Below, in pieces: positions 19,920-29,131 of a stretch of 35,086 bases of DNA; within the stretch, counting starts at the first letter, position 1; every line of letters begins with the position of its first letter. This DNA is from Planctomycetaceae bacterium UBA6163. Lineage in GTDB: Bacteria > Planctomycetota > Planctomycetia > Pirellulales > Pirellulaceae. The position numbers were made by a program, and so were the translations under genes. The DNA lies in NCBI GenBank assembly GCA_002428205.1, contig DIUH01000038.1, positions 25,117 to 60,202 of the forward strand. The letters are read 5' to 3'. Under the pieces are notes generated by a model, which was given only the letters and a program-made list of their open reading frames with translations, did not search any database and was not told the origin of the DNA.

Positions 19920-19986
19920 AACCTATCCGATAACCGTGAGCCGACGGCGCGAGCCGCGGGCCATGCTGGAGTTTTCGGATAGGTTC
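19919..19986. repeat. REP-like palindromic element, copy B, overlapping the stop codon of the sulfatase gene
   Basis: GAACCTATCCGATAACCGTGAGCCGACGGCGCGAGCCGCGGGCCATGCTGGAGTTTTCGGATAGGTTC. The 16-nt terminal arms are complementary at 15/16 positions. Homologous to copy A. Confidence 0.75.
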
Positions 19987-20297
19987 TTAGTCTGCCATAG
20001 CTGACAAAACGGCAATCGCGCACCGTGAGTTGAAAACAGATCCCCAGCAAACTGGAATCTATTTCCACCGATAGAGTCGCTGCGCGTTTCCGTCTTGCAA
20101 ATGGCGTTCGATAATTTGTAGTTGCTTACGACCGAGATTGGATTTGCGGGCGCAGCGCCCGTCGCGATCAGCCAAATTATTTCGAACCAAACGCGTTGAC
20201 CACAACGATTTAACGGAAACTGATTGGCGGCAACACACCGTCGCATCATTTGGATGGCAGCCTGGTCACTGGCTTTCGTGTAAGTTCGGAGGGTCAT
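19923..20297 (-). CDS. Orphan ORF (124 aa) with an ATGA overlap to the REC-PP2C gene; coding status uncertain
   Basis: ATG at 20297-20295 overlaps the TGA stop (20296-20294) of the upstream gene, the same junction architecture as the rest of the operon. The frame stays open for 124 codons. No recognisable domain. The last ~20 codons are encoded by REP-like copy B. See findings for an alternative reading. Confidence 0.3.
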   Translation of the reverse strand: MTLRTYTKASDQAAIQMMRRCVAANQFPLNRCGQRVWFEIIWLIATGAAPANPISVVSNYKLSNAICKTETRSDSIGGNRFQFAGDLFSTHGARLPFCQLWQTKNLSENSSMARGSRRRLTVIG

Positions 20298-21670
20298 CGC
20301 AGTTCGACGCCGATGATTGAAATATCGTCTTTTGGTCCATTGACGCGACACCATCTGATTATTTCATTGCAAATGCTTTCGACGCTTTCGTCGATCGATT
20401 CATTGACGCATCGCTTCATCAACTCCAACATTCTGCTGTCGCCGTATTCTTCGAGATCGGCGTCTAGCCCTTCGGGGATCCCATCGGAATACAGATACAA
20501 CCGATCTCCGACGGCGAGCTGGACATTAACCTCGGTGTATTCGACGTCTTCCATCCATCCGATCGCAAACCCTTCTGCGGGCAGCATTCGTGGCGGTTTT
20601 CCGGCGGGTAAATGAACCATCGCTTCATGACCCGCAGATGCGTATTTCAATTCGAGGGTTCTCAGGTTTAAAATCGCATAGACCATGGTGAAGTACAGGT
20701 TGCCTTGACCTTCCATGGGAAAACGCCGATTCAATTCCGCCAGGACTTCGGCCGGTGGAGTAATGACTTGGGTGTTTGCGTCAGTCTTTCGCACCAGTAG
20801 TGATGAGGCGCCGGCGTCCGGGGCAAGGCTACGTCCCACCGCAACGGATAACAGGGACGATGGGACCCCATGGCCACTGACATCGACCACGAACATGGCG
20901 ACGTGTTCACTGTCCAATGAGAAGCAGTTCAAGAAGTCCCCTGCTAATTCATCGCACGGCAAATACTTCCATGTGAACGCCGCGTGAGGCGTCTTAGGCA
21001 GTGAAGTCGGCAATAGAGATTGTTGAATCTTGGCCGCTGCCTCCAAATCACGCGTCATACGCCCATTTAGAAGTTCAAGCTTTCGGTTCCATTTCGCCAA
21101 TTGCTCCTTCGCGATCGTCAATTCTTCATTATACCGCAGCAGTTCAAAATTTTTCTCGACGGCATTTTCGAAAGTCGAAACCAACAGATTTAAAACTTGT
21201 TGGCGTCCAGATCGGACCTTGTAGAGCGTGCCTGCCAATGTCACCTCCAACTCAAGTCGCTCTTCGTCTTGCTGGCCCAACGGGGTCTGCAGCAGCGATT
21301 CCATGCGTGATATGAGGTATTCGATCCGATAAGGCTTAGTAACGTAATTATCCGCGCCACAATCGAGACCGCGGATGATGTCCTGTGGTTCTGAGAGTGT
21401 GGAAAGCAGGATCAGCGGAACCGACCGCAATTCTTCGTCGCTTTTGATCGCTCGGCATAACTCATGTCCAGTCATAATTGGCATCTCGATATCCGAGACA
21501 ATGATGTCAGGCCGGTGTTCGCGAGCCAGTTGCAGCGCTTCGGCGCCGTCGCGTCCGACACGTACGCGATAACCAACGCTAACGAGTCGGTCTTGTAGAA
21601 TCTTTGCTTGTAATCGATTGTCTTCGGCGATCAGGACATCGGTCTGTTTGAGGGCGTTAGATTCGGTCAC
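20294..21670 (-). CDS. Response regulator receiver domain fused to a PP2C/SpoIIE-type phosphatase (RsbU-like)
   Basis: REC: VLIAEDN..DIIVSDIEMPIMTGHEL..PLILLS..KP. A coiled-coil linker follows. PP2C: FVVDVSGHGVPSSLLS, LYLYSDGIPE, DDISIIGVEL. The GTG start overlaps the cheB stop. Confidence 0.9.
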   Translation of the reverse strand: MTESNALKQTDVLIAEDNRLQAKILQDRLVSVGYRVRVGRDGAEALQLAREHRPDIIVSDIEMPIMTGHELCRAIKSDEELRSVPLILLSTLSEPQDIIRGLDCGADNYVTKPYRIEYLISRMESLLQTPLGQQDEERLELEVTLAGTLYKVRSGRQQVLNLLVSTFENAVEKNFELLRYNEELTIAKEQLAKWNRKLELLNGRMTRDLEAAAKIQQSLLPTSLPKTPHAAFTWKYLPCDELAGDFLNCFSLDSEHVAMFVVDVSGHGVPSSLLSVAVGRSLAPDAGASSLLVRKTDANTQVITPPAEVLAELNRRFPMEGQGNLYFTMVYAILNLRTLELKYASAGHEAMVHLPAGKPPRMLPAEGFAIGWMEDVEYTEVNVQLAVGDRLYLYSDGIPEGLDADLEEYGDSRMLELMKRCVNESIDESVESICNEIIRWCRVNGPKDDISIIGVELR

Positions 21671-22785
21671 GATGTTGCCCCCATGCGCGAGCGGTGGACA
21701 TGACGTGTGATCGCCGGCGCGATCTTAGCCAAAGGTAAGACACGGTCTGCCAAGCCTGCTTCGGCGACGACGCGGGGCATGCCATAAACCGCTGATGTCT
21801 CTGCGTCTTGGGTATAGACTGTCGCGCCATGTGATTTGGCACATTCACAACCGGCAAGGCCATCCTTACCCATTCCGGTCATGATCACAGCAAGCACTCG
21901 GCTACCACAGAGATCAATGGCCCTTTTCAAGGTGTAATCAACCGCTGGACGACAACTGTTGACCAGTGGATCCGTATTTAACTTCACGACCACGTTTTCA
22001 CCGATTCGTTGTAAATCTAAGTGGTAACCGCCAGGGGCAATGTAGATATGGCCTGGGCGAATGATTTCGCCATCAACCGCTTCACTGACCTGCATCAAGC
22101 ATTCTTCGTTCATCCGTCGTGCCATCATATTGGTATAATCAGGCGGCATGTGTTGAATAACAATGACGGGGCACGGGAAATCTGCATCCAAGCGTGGCAA
22201 GACATGACGAAGCGCTTGGGGGCCGCCGGTGGACAGTCCAATCAATACAAGTCGGCATCCTGGGGACTGGACAGACGCATGATGTTTGAAACTAAGTTCG
22301 CCAGAGCGTTCCAATGGCTTTGAGGCAGTTGGCATCGGGATGTTAGGAATATTGGCTTTCGATCGCGAAGGTTCTTGTTGGTGGGTTCGATAAGCAACAA
22401 TTTTTTCCGCTAACGCATCTCGCAATTTTTCGCGAGACGACAGTAGCCCACCGGATGGTTTGGTAATGAAGTCGAATGCACCTTCGAATAGGGCGTCGAG
22501 CGTGACGCGTGCGCCCGCCTCGGTCAAACTGCTGACCATGATGGCGCGCGTGGTTAGGCGAAGCGAGTTCATTTTCCGTAGGGTCTCGATACCGTTCATG
22601 ACAGGCATCTCGACATCCAGGGTCAACAGGTCGGGATTAAGTTGCATGGTTTTCTTAATCGCGTCTTCGCCGTTTACCGCTGTGCCGATCACCTCGACCC
22701 CTTCGACCTGTGCAAGTGCGGCGGAGATCGTTTGGCGATAAAGCGCGGAGTCGTCAACAATCAGTATCCGAAGTGGCGAGTTCAA
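21667..22785 (-). CDS. cheB: Chemotaxis response regulator protein-glutamate methylesterase CheB
   Basis: REC (ILIVDDS..DLLTLDVEMPVMNG) plus methylesterase motifs LIGLSTGGPQAL, VIVIQHMPP and MTGMGKDG. The TTG start overlaps the cheD stop. Confidence 0.92.
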   Translation of the reverse strand: MNSPLRILIVDDSALYRQTISAALAQVEGVEVIGTAVNGEDAIKKTMQLNPDLLTLDVEMPVMNGIETLRKMNSLRLTTRAIMVSSLTEAGARVTLDALFEGAFDFITKPSGGLLSSREKLRDALAEKIVAYRTHQQEPSRSKANIPNIPMPTASKPLERSGELSFKHHASVQSPGCRLVLIGLSTGGPQALRHVLPRLDADFPCPVIVIQHMPPDYTNMMARRMNEECLMQVSEAVDGEIIRPGHIYIAPGGYHLDLQRIGENVVVKLNTDPLVNSCRPAVDYTLKRAIDLCGSRVLAVIMTGMGKDGLAGCECAKSHGATVYTQDAETSAVYGMPRVVAEAGLADRVLPLAKIAPAITRHVHRSRMGATS

Positions 22786-23267
22786 GGCTTCACCCCCTGC
22801 TGTCTGGTTACGATAGGCGGTGGATCAATCATTTCAATCTGAAGCCTTCCGGATCGAACATCAAACACAAGCCTCCGCGCTAACGTGCCGCCACAATTTT
22901 CCGTAACGATCGGGATTCGACGCGACAGCAGTAGTCTTTTCACCGCGGCGGTATTCAAACGTCCGACGCTGCGGGCTTGCGAAACGGGAAACATGTCGGC
23001 GCCGCCGGCGATGTGCGCCACGGGAGAAATTTCAAGGCGCGAACGTTGTTGTAATCGTCGAACCAATTCGGGAACTGCGGTATCGGCGAATCGCCCAAGA
23101 TCGGAGGGCGGTTGATCGAAGGCCGAAGGCAACTGGACGTGAGCCAGTGCCGCGGTTCGGTTGACAGGGTCGTGAAGAACGATTGCAACACAGGAACCAA
23201 CAAATGTCCTTAAACAATCCGTATCGATACCAAAGCCGATTTCACCGATTCGAATAAAGTTATTCAC
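22782..23267 (-). CDS. cheD: Chemoreceptor glutamine deamidase CheD
   Basis: About 160 aa, with RIGEIGFG..TFVGSCVAIVLHD..AALAHVQLP..NCGG. The GTG start overlaps the cheA stop. Confidence 0.85.
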   Translation of the reverse strand: MNNFIRIGEIGFGIDTDCLRTFVGSCVAIVLHDPVNRTAALAHVQLPSAFDQPPSDLGRFADTAVPELVRRLQQRSRLEISPVAHIAGGADMFPVSQARSVGRLNTAAVKRLLLSRRIPIVTENCGGTLARRLVFDVRSGRLQIEMIDPPPIVTRQQGVKP

Positions 23268-25795
23268 TGTTCGCCACGACGTGTTTGTAGGCTTCGCAAC
23301 CTTTCCGCCGTCGCCATTTTAAACAATTCCGTGACATCCAGCATGAGCGACACTGACCCATCACCCAAGATACTTGCTCCGGCCAGCCCCTGAACACCGG
23401 ACAGGTTTTCAGTCAGCGACTTAATCACCACATCTTGCGTTCCAATCGCTCGATCGACACTCAAACCCATTACGCGTCCTGAAGATTGTAAGATTACAAC
23501 CTGTTGCTGTTTCGCATCAGAGGGTGCCGGGCATGAGTCAACGCACTCGTCATCGCTCGTATCGGACAGTTCCGGTGGCTTAGCGTTCCATCGAAAGAGA
23601 CCGCCGACAGTAAGCAGCGGGATATAATGCCCACGTACGGCGAAAGTTTGCTTTCCATGCACGTTTACAATCGATGACATCGGTAACTCGACAATCTCGC
23701 GGACATCATCTTTAGGGATGGTAAACACGACGTCGCGAATCTTAACCAGTAAACTACTGATGATCGCCAATGTTAAAGGCAGTTTCAGCGTGAATGTTGT
23801 TCCGATACCGATGTCGCTGACGACCTCCACGCTGCCCCCGAGTTGTGCGATCCGGCTGCGGACGATGTCCATGCCGACACCGCGGCCGGATACCGACGTG
23901 AGCGCATCGGCGGTGCTGAAGCCCGGATGCCAAATGAAATCGATCGCTTCCTGTCGTGTCATTGCGCCGGCTGCGTCTGTGCCTAGCAGCCCCCGCTCGA
24001 TCACCTTGCGTCGAATTTTTTCGTCATTGATGCCGCCGCCATCGTCGCGGACTTTAATATAAACGTGATTGCCACGGTGTTGGGCTGAAAGCGTGATCAG
24101 ACCTTCGGGCCGCTTTCCCGCTTCGATCCGAGTCTCGGTGCTCTCTAGTCCATGGTCAATTGAATTGCGAACCAGATGAACCAACGGGTCGCCGATGGCG
24201 TCGATCATCCGCTTATCCAATTCTGTCTGGTCGCCTTCAAGGATTAAATCGACTTCTTTATTTCGCTCAACGGCTAAGTCGCGAATCACTCGTTTAAATC
24301 GGTTGAATAGTGGACCGATCGGTACCATGCGAGTGCCTAAGACTCCGCGCTGCAGTGCGGTACTGACTCGCGACAAATTGTCAACCGCTTCATCCAGCCG
24401 ACCAAACAATCGTCGACTGTCGTCGAGAATCTGCTGTTGTTGCTGCAGTGCGTCGAGTCCCATCTCCAATTCTTGAACAAGGGCACTCCAGTCTTGCCCC
24501 AAGTTCACCTCCTCGTCTGCGCCGCGCAGTCGTGAGATGACTCGTCGTAGCGAATCTTGTAATTCGCGAGCGCGGCTCGATGCAGAAGGCCGCCTCAGTT
24601 CACCGCCAAGATCTTTGGCGACCTGGGTGAATTGAGCGTGACTGACAATTAATTCACCGGCCAAATTCATCAAGTCGTCCAGGCGATCAATGTCGACTCG
24701 CATTGTCTCCTGAACGCGCGGCGTCGCGGTTTCCGGTGCCGTTGATTTGTTCTTGAGAACCTGGGCGGCATCACTCGGCGACTCCGTTGGATTAGGCGGC
24801 ATTTGCGGTAACGCCGCTTTAGTTTCCGGTGCACTCTCAGGCTCCGGCGCGGATTTGACCTCAGGCTCGGGCTTGCAATGCGGCTCGACGACGCTCTGGC
24901 TAGAGGCGGAATAATCGATCCGCGCCAGCGGTGCGGCCGACTCATCGCGAGGCACACGCACTTCGACCCAAGCGATGCCGGCAATTTCCAGGTTCCTTGC
25001 GATCTGTTCCGGTTGTTCCCTGGTGAAAGCAATCACGTCAAGCGTGGAAGGTGGATCGCTGGAGTCAACCGCATCAATTGGCGGCCGAGTCGCCTCGACC
25101 CGACCGAACGTCTCCACTCGCGAAATCACCCGGCGCAGCAGTTCGCAATCCGCAGGAATCGACTCGTCGAACCCGATGGCGATGTGTAAGTAAGTGCCGT
25201 TGGGATCATTCGCTTCACCATTATCACCATCATCAGTAGCGTCATCATCAGGTTTTGACTGAGGTTGTGACTCCGGTTGTACCAGTAACTCAGACGCGAT
25301 TTCGATCGATGCGGGCGTTATCGACGCCACCGTTCCCGCGCTGGCAACGTCGGCTTCGGCCCTTATTTCTTTTTCAGCGACGTCTTCCAGTTCATGCAGT
25401 TCCATCAGCAGCGTGTCGGGCGTTGGCAATTCACCACCCTCACGAAGACGTTCATTACACTGTCTTAGAAAATCGATACTGCGTAGCGTCAAATTCATTG
25501 TGACTTGATCAAGACGAATCCGCCCGCTGCGAAGCCGCTCGAATCGACTTTCAAGATGATGGGTTAGCACCGTAATTTGGTCAAAACCCATCATCCCCGC
25601 TGCACCTTTCATCGAGTGCAACAAGCGGAAAGCGTTTACCAAAAGCCCCATGTTTTCGGATGAGTCCTCGAGTGCGAGCATCGTCTCGACGAGATCGTCT
25701 AACTGCTCTTCTGTCTCATCGACATACATCTGCAGGTACTGTGACAGATCGCTTGCCGAATTGTCTGGCGCAGGGTCTTTCAAAGGATCATTCAC
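23264..25795 (-). CDS. cheA: Chemotaxis histidine kinase CheA (Hpt - P2-like - dimerisation - HATPase - CheW-like); no C-terminal receiver
   Basis: Hpt FRLLHSMKGAAGMMG; N-box HLVRNSIDHGLE; G1 VRDDGGGI; G2 GRGVGMDIV; C-terminal CheW-like domain. A long acidic/Pro-rich linker is present. The GTG start overlaps the cheR stop. Confidence 0.92.
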   Translation of the reverse strand: MNDPLKDPAPDNSASDLSQYLQMYVDETEEQLDDLVETMLALEDSSENMGLLVNAFRLLHSMKGAAGMMGFDQITVLTHHLESRFERLRSGRIRLDQVTMNLTLRSIDFLRQCNERLREGGELPTPDTLLMELHELEDVAEKEIRAEADVASAGTVASITPASIEIASELLVQPESQPQSKPDDDATDDGDNGEANDPNGTYLHIAIGFDESIPADCELLRRVISRVETFGRVEATRPPIDAVDSSDPPSTLDVIAFTREQPEQIARNLEIAGIAWVEVRVPRDESAAPLARIDYSASSQSVVEPHCKPEPEVKSAPEPESAPETKAALPQMPPNPTESPSDAAQVLKNKSTAPETATPRVQETMRVDIDRLDDLMNLAGELIVSHAQFTQVAKDLGGELRRPSASSRARELQDSLRRVISRLRGADEEVNLGQDWSALVQELEMGLDALQQQQQILDDSRRLFGRLDEAVDNLSRVSTALQRGVLGTRMVPIGPLFNRFKRVIRDLAVERNKEVDLILEGDQTELDKRMIDAIGDPLVHLVRNSIDHGLESTETRIEAGKRPEGLITLSAQHRGNHVYIKVRDDGGGINDEKIRRKVIERGLLGTDAAGAMTRQEAIDFIWHPGFSTADALTSVSGRGVGMDIVRSRIAQLGGSVEVVSDIGIGTTFTLKLPLTLAIISSLLVKIRDVVFTIPKDDVREIVELPMSSIVNVHGKQTFAVRGHYIPLLTVGGLFRWNAKPPELSDTSDDECVDSCPAPSDAKQQQVVILQSSGRVMGLSVDRAIGTQDVVIKSLTENLSGVQGLAGASILGDGSVSLMLDVTELFKMATAERLRSLQTRRGEQ

Positions 25796-26643
25796 TTAGG
25801 ATTCTTCTGATACAAAAACGTATTGATCTTTGTGAGCGGATTATCGAGTCCATAAATCCCTTCCGATGGGCCGACGACGAGGTAGCCGCCGGGTAAGATT
25901 TGATTGACAACGTTGGTCAGCACAGTTTGTTTGGAAACGTCATCAAAGTAAATCAAGACATTGCGAAGAAAAACGCAATCCATCAGTGGACGTTGAAGCG
26001 GATGCATCAAATTATGATGGACCCATTCTACTTGATTGCGAAATTCCGAGCGTACTTGGTATTCTCGTGGTGCGCTGGACGACGCACCGGGGGCCGCGAC
26101 GATTTCATCGAAAAACTGTCTGCGAATCGAGGGGGCCAGGGTATCGACGAATCGTTGGGGGTACTTTGCCGTTTTTGCCTGATCAAGTGCAGCGACGCAG
26201 AGGTCCGAAGCGATGATTTTCACCTTCAGGCCATTGATCAGTGCGCGATGGTCGTGAAGACAAAAAGACAACGAATAAGCCTCCGCGCCATTGGAACAAG
26301 CGGCTGACCAAATTCGCAATTCGCGATTCCCCAAAAAACTGCGCCGTCGCGAGTGGACTTCAGGCAAAAAAACTTTTGTGAACCAGTCAAAATGAGATTG
26401 CGTGCGAAAGAATGAGGTTTCATTGGTCGTCACGACATCGATCAGCGATTGAAGTTCGTCGGTGCCATCGGGGCGAGTAACGATTCCGAGGTACTTTTCG
26501 ACATCGTCCATCGATATTTGACGCAGTCGTCGTTGAAGTCGAGTGCGCAGCAATAATTGCTTGCGATCATCCAACCTGATCCCACAGTGCTTGTAGATCA
26601 AGGTTTGGAACCGTTTGAATTGGTCTTCGTTGATCTCAAGCAC
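25792..26643 (-). CDS. cheR: Chemotaxis protein methyltransferase CheR
   Basis: IWSAACSNGAEAYSLSF SAM-binding motif and N-terminal helical domain (FKRFQTLIYKHCGIRL..RLQRRL). Start placed at GTG 26643, preceded by AAGGGAG with a 5-nt spacer. The annotated ORF extends to 26730. Confidence 0.88.
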   Translation of the reverse strand: MLEINEDQFKRFQTLIYKHCGIRLDDRKQLLLRTRLQRRLRQISMDDVEKYLGIVTRPDGTDELQSLIDVVTTNETSFFRTQSHFDWFTKVFLPEVHSRRRSFLGNRELRIWSAACSNGAEAYSLSFCLHDHRALINGLKVKIIASDLCVAALDQAKTAKYPQRFVDTLAPSIRRQFFDEIVAAPGASSSAPREYQVRSEFRNQVEWVHHNLMHPLQRPLMDCVFLRNVLIYFDDVSKQTVLTNVVNQILPGGYLVVGPSEGIYGLDNPLTKINTFLYQKNPK

Positions 26644-26752
26644 TATAACTCCCTTTGAGATGCCCCCCAGAATTACGCATCGCCGCATACTGCGGTCGGT
26701 GCGACATTGATGCTGGCGTGCCGCTCTCAAGCGGCATCAGTTACCGAAAAAT

Positions 26753-28000
26753 TTAAAGGTTATACTTCGATACCAGTCCAAGCAATGTCCTGGCTTGCGC
26801 TGTCAATTCTTCGGCGCTAGCGGCTAGTTCTTCACTGCTTGCGGCATTGGATTCGGTGGTGTCTGAGATAATTTTAACACCTTGCTGGACCTGCTTGGCG
26901 CTTTCGGATTGAGTTTCGGTTTGCTCCGAAATTTCGCCAATGCGCTGGGCGGTTTGATTGATCGCGGCAATAATGCATTCGAGCGATTGCCCAACTTTTT
27001 TCGACAGCCCCGCCCCCTCGGCAACGCGTCTTGATGATTCTTTGATCAGTTTAGTGATCTCCTTGGCCGCCTCGCTCGATCGCTCGGCCAGCTTTCGTAC
27101 CTCGTCGGCGACGACGGCAAAGCCAAGTCCATGTTCGCCCGCTCGCGCCGCCTCAATCGCCGCGTTCAGGGCCAGCAGGTTGGTCTGGCTTGCGATCTCA
27201 CTGATGACCTGAATGATCTCAGAGATTTGCTCGCTCGACTTCTCGATCAACATCATCGCGCTGAGCGATTCCGCGACCGCTTTGCCACCATCAACGGCAA
27301 GCTTCGTCGTCGCCTTGGCTTGCTCACTCGATTCGGTCGTGCTTTCTGAGATCCGCTGAATCGATTCGGTTAACTCATCGATCGAAACCGTCATTTGCTC
27401 TACCGAAGCTGCTTGCGATTGTGCTCCGTCGCTGAGCGTTGCGCTGCTTTCAGCGATCACGCGAGCACCTTCAGCGAACTCATTGGCGCACTCAATGACT
27501 TCCTCGGTCAACTGTCTGGATTGTTCGTACTGTCGGTGTGTGATCTGTTGCAACTTAATTCGTTCGGTAATGTCAGTCGCGATCTTTATGACCTTGACGA
27601 CATTGCCAGCCGAATCGAACAACGGGTTATAAGAGGCTTGAATCCAAACCGCTTCTCCGCTTTTCGTCACACGCTTGTATTCAGCTTGATGGAAGGATCC
27701 TTCGTTCAGGCGTTTCCAGAAATCGCGGTACGCTTGGCTGTTGGCTTCTTCGTCGCAAACGAACATGCGATGGTGTTTGCCAACCACTTCATCGATCCTG
27801 TAGCCTAACAGGGCAAGAAAGTTTGCGTTGGCGGTCAGAATGGTGCCATCAAGCTCGAATTCGATTGTCGCCTGCGAACGGTCGATCGCATCGACAAGCG
27901 CGCGGAGCCCGGCAACCTGCAGTTCCTCCGCATGGGCAATTGCGGTCCGCGCGTTACTGCGGTTCGACGGGGTTTGCGATCGTGAAGCTGCTTTTGCCAT
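26753..28000 (-). CDS. Soluble methyl-accepting chemotaxis protein with a single N-terminal PAS domain
   Basis: PAS: [62 protein letters not shown] hairpin tip: [34 protein letters not shown]. No hydrophobic transmembrane segment and no HAMP domain. Confidence 0.92.
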   Translation of the reverse strand: MAKAASRSQTPSNRSNARTAIAHAEELQVAGLRALVDAIDRSQATIEFELDGTILTANANFLALLGYRIDEVVGKHHRMFVCDEEANSQAYRDFWKRLNEGSFHQAEYKRVTKSGEAVWIQASYNPLFDSAGNVVKVIKIATDITERIKLQQITHRQYEQSRQLTEEVIECANEFAEGARVIAESSATLSDGAQSQAASVEQMTVSIDELTESIQRISESTTESSEQAKATTKLAVDGGKAVAESLSAMMLIEKSSEQISEIIQVISEIASQTNLLALNAAIEAARAGEHGLGFAVVADEVRKLAERSSEAAKEITKLIKESSRRVAEGAGLSKKVGQSLECIIAAINQTAQRIGEISEQTETQSESAKQVQQGVKIISDTTESNAASSEELAASAEELTAQARTLLGLVSKYNL

Positions 28001-28003
28001 AGA

Positions 28004-28543
28004 TTACTCGGGCTTGAAAGTGGACTCGGTCACGAGTTGTGAGGTTTTCGCACGCTCCGGATTAAGTAACTCCGCAACGTCAAGGACAATAACCAAGCGA
28101 TCGTTCACAGTCGCGAAGCCGCGAATGTAAGTGCGGCCGTCCGCGACAATGGTCTCGGGCGCCCGGGCGATTGCCTCTTTTTCGACGCGTAATACACGGG
28201 TCACGCGGTCGACCGTACAACCCATGATCTTTTGGCCAACGTTCACTACGATCGTCCGTGTTTCGTCGTCTATCGGACGGAAAGGCATTCCGAAAAGTGC
28301 ACGTAAATTGATGATCGGGATGATGCTGCCGCGGAGATTCGCAACCCCATCGACATAGGCCGGCACCTGCGGCGTGGGCGTGATTGATTTCAAAATTACG
28401 ATCTCGCGAATCTCGCCAATCGGGAATGCGTAGTTTTGATCATTGACTTCGAACTCGACAAACTGCGCCATATCCTTTCGGCGACTAACAGCCGCCGATC
28501 GGACCGCGTCATCACTAATCGATTCGTTGATGGGAACGGTCAT
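28004..28543 (-). CDS. cheW: Chemotaxis coupling protein CheW
   Basis: 179 aa with a typical CheW core (FVEFEVNDQNYAFPIGEIREIV..VDGVANLRGSIIPIINLR). Its stop lies 3 nt before the MCP ATG. Confidence 0.9.
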   Translation of the reverse strand: MTVPINESISDDAVRSAAVSRRKDMAQFVEFEVNDQNYAFPIGEIREIVILKSITPTPQVPAYVDGVANLRGSIIPIINLRALFGMPFRPIDDETRTIVVNVGQKIMGCTVDRVTRVLRVEKEAIARAPETIVADGRTYIRGFATVNDRLVIVLDVAELLNPERAKTSQLVTESTFKPE

Positions 28544-28603
28544 GCTGTTGCGTTTTGCGTCGGAAGAGATTGGCTAGAAAAGCGAACGCAGTGAGGGACC
28601 AGT

Positions 28604-28632
28604 AGTTAAGTTCAAACCCCACAGGATTTCAA
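28604..28632 (-). promoter_or_regulatory. Candidate sigma70-like promoter for the che operon
   Basis: The minus strand reads TTGAAA - 17 nt - TTAACT, with the -10 element ending about 60 nt upstream of the cheW ATG. This is a pattern match only, and planctomycete promoters are poorly defined. Confidence 0.2.
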
Positions 28633-29131
28633 GGTTTGACCCGGTAATCAACCAAAACAATCGGTCGACGAACACCTCTACAGGACGGTTTCTTTCGGGT
28701 TATGACGGTAAGGCCCACCTTCGCTGGGCGACGGTCGGGCTCGCCCCGACAACGTCGTAACCGGTTTGGCATGCTAGATCGATCCATGCAAACTAGCGAA
28801 GCGGGCAATGGAAGCCGCCGAAAGGGTCGAGTGAAGATGTTTGCGTGGCTTCCAGCAGATTCAGCGAGGCCAGCAGATTGCGTTAGCGTTCCCCGGGATC
28901 TCGAGTACTGGCGAAAGGCATCTGTGCTAAGGGGGCGGTAGGCGGGTGTGGCTCAAACATCTGCTGGGCTCCCTGAATCAGCCGGGCACCCAAAAATGGG
29001 TGCACAATCCTTTCAGTCGCACAATCTTTTGATTCGGTGATCGATTGGGGTGGGTGAAACACGGGAAAAATTCGATTCCTGTTCCCCCTATTGTTGCTAC
29101 TCGCGGCCTATCGCTTGCAATCGCTGAAACG

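Noticed and set aside
26644-26730. Longer CheR start (ORF begins at 26730)
   Set aside because: The extra residues (MRAARQHQCRTDRSMRRCVILGG...) are not CheR-like. The GTG at 26643 has an AAGGGAG Shine-Dalgarno-like sequence 5 nt upstream and begins at the conserved N-terminal helix.
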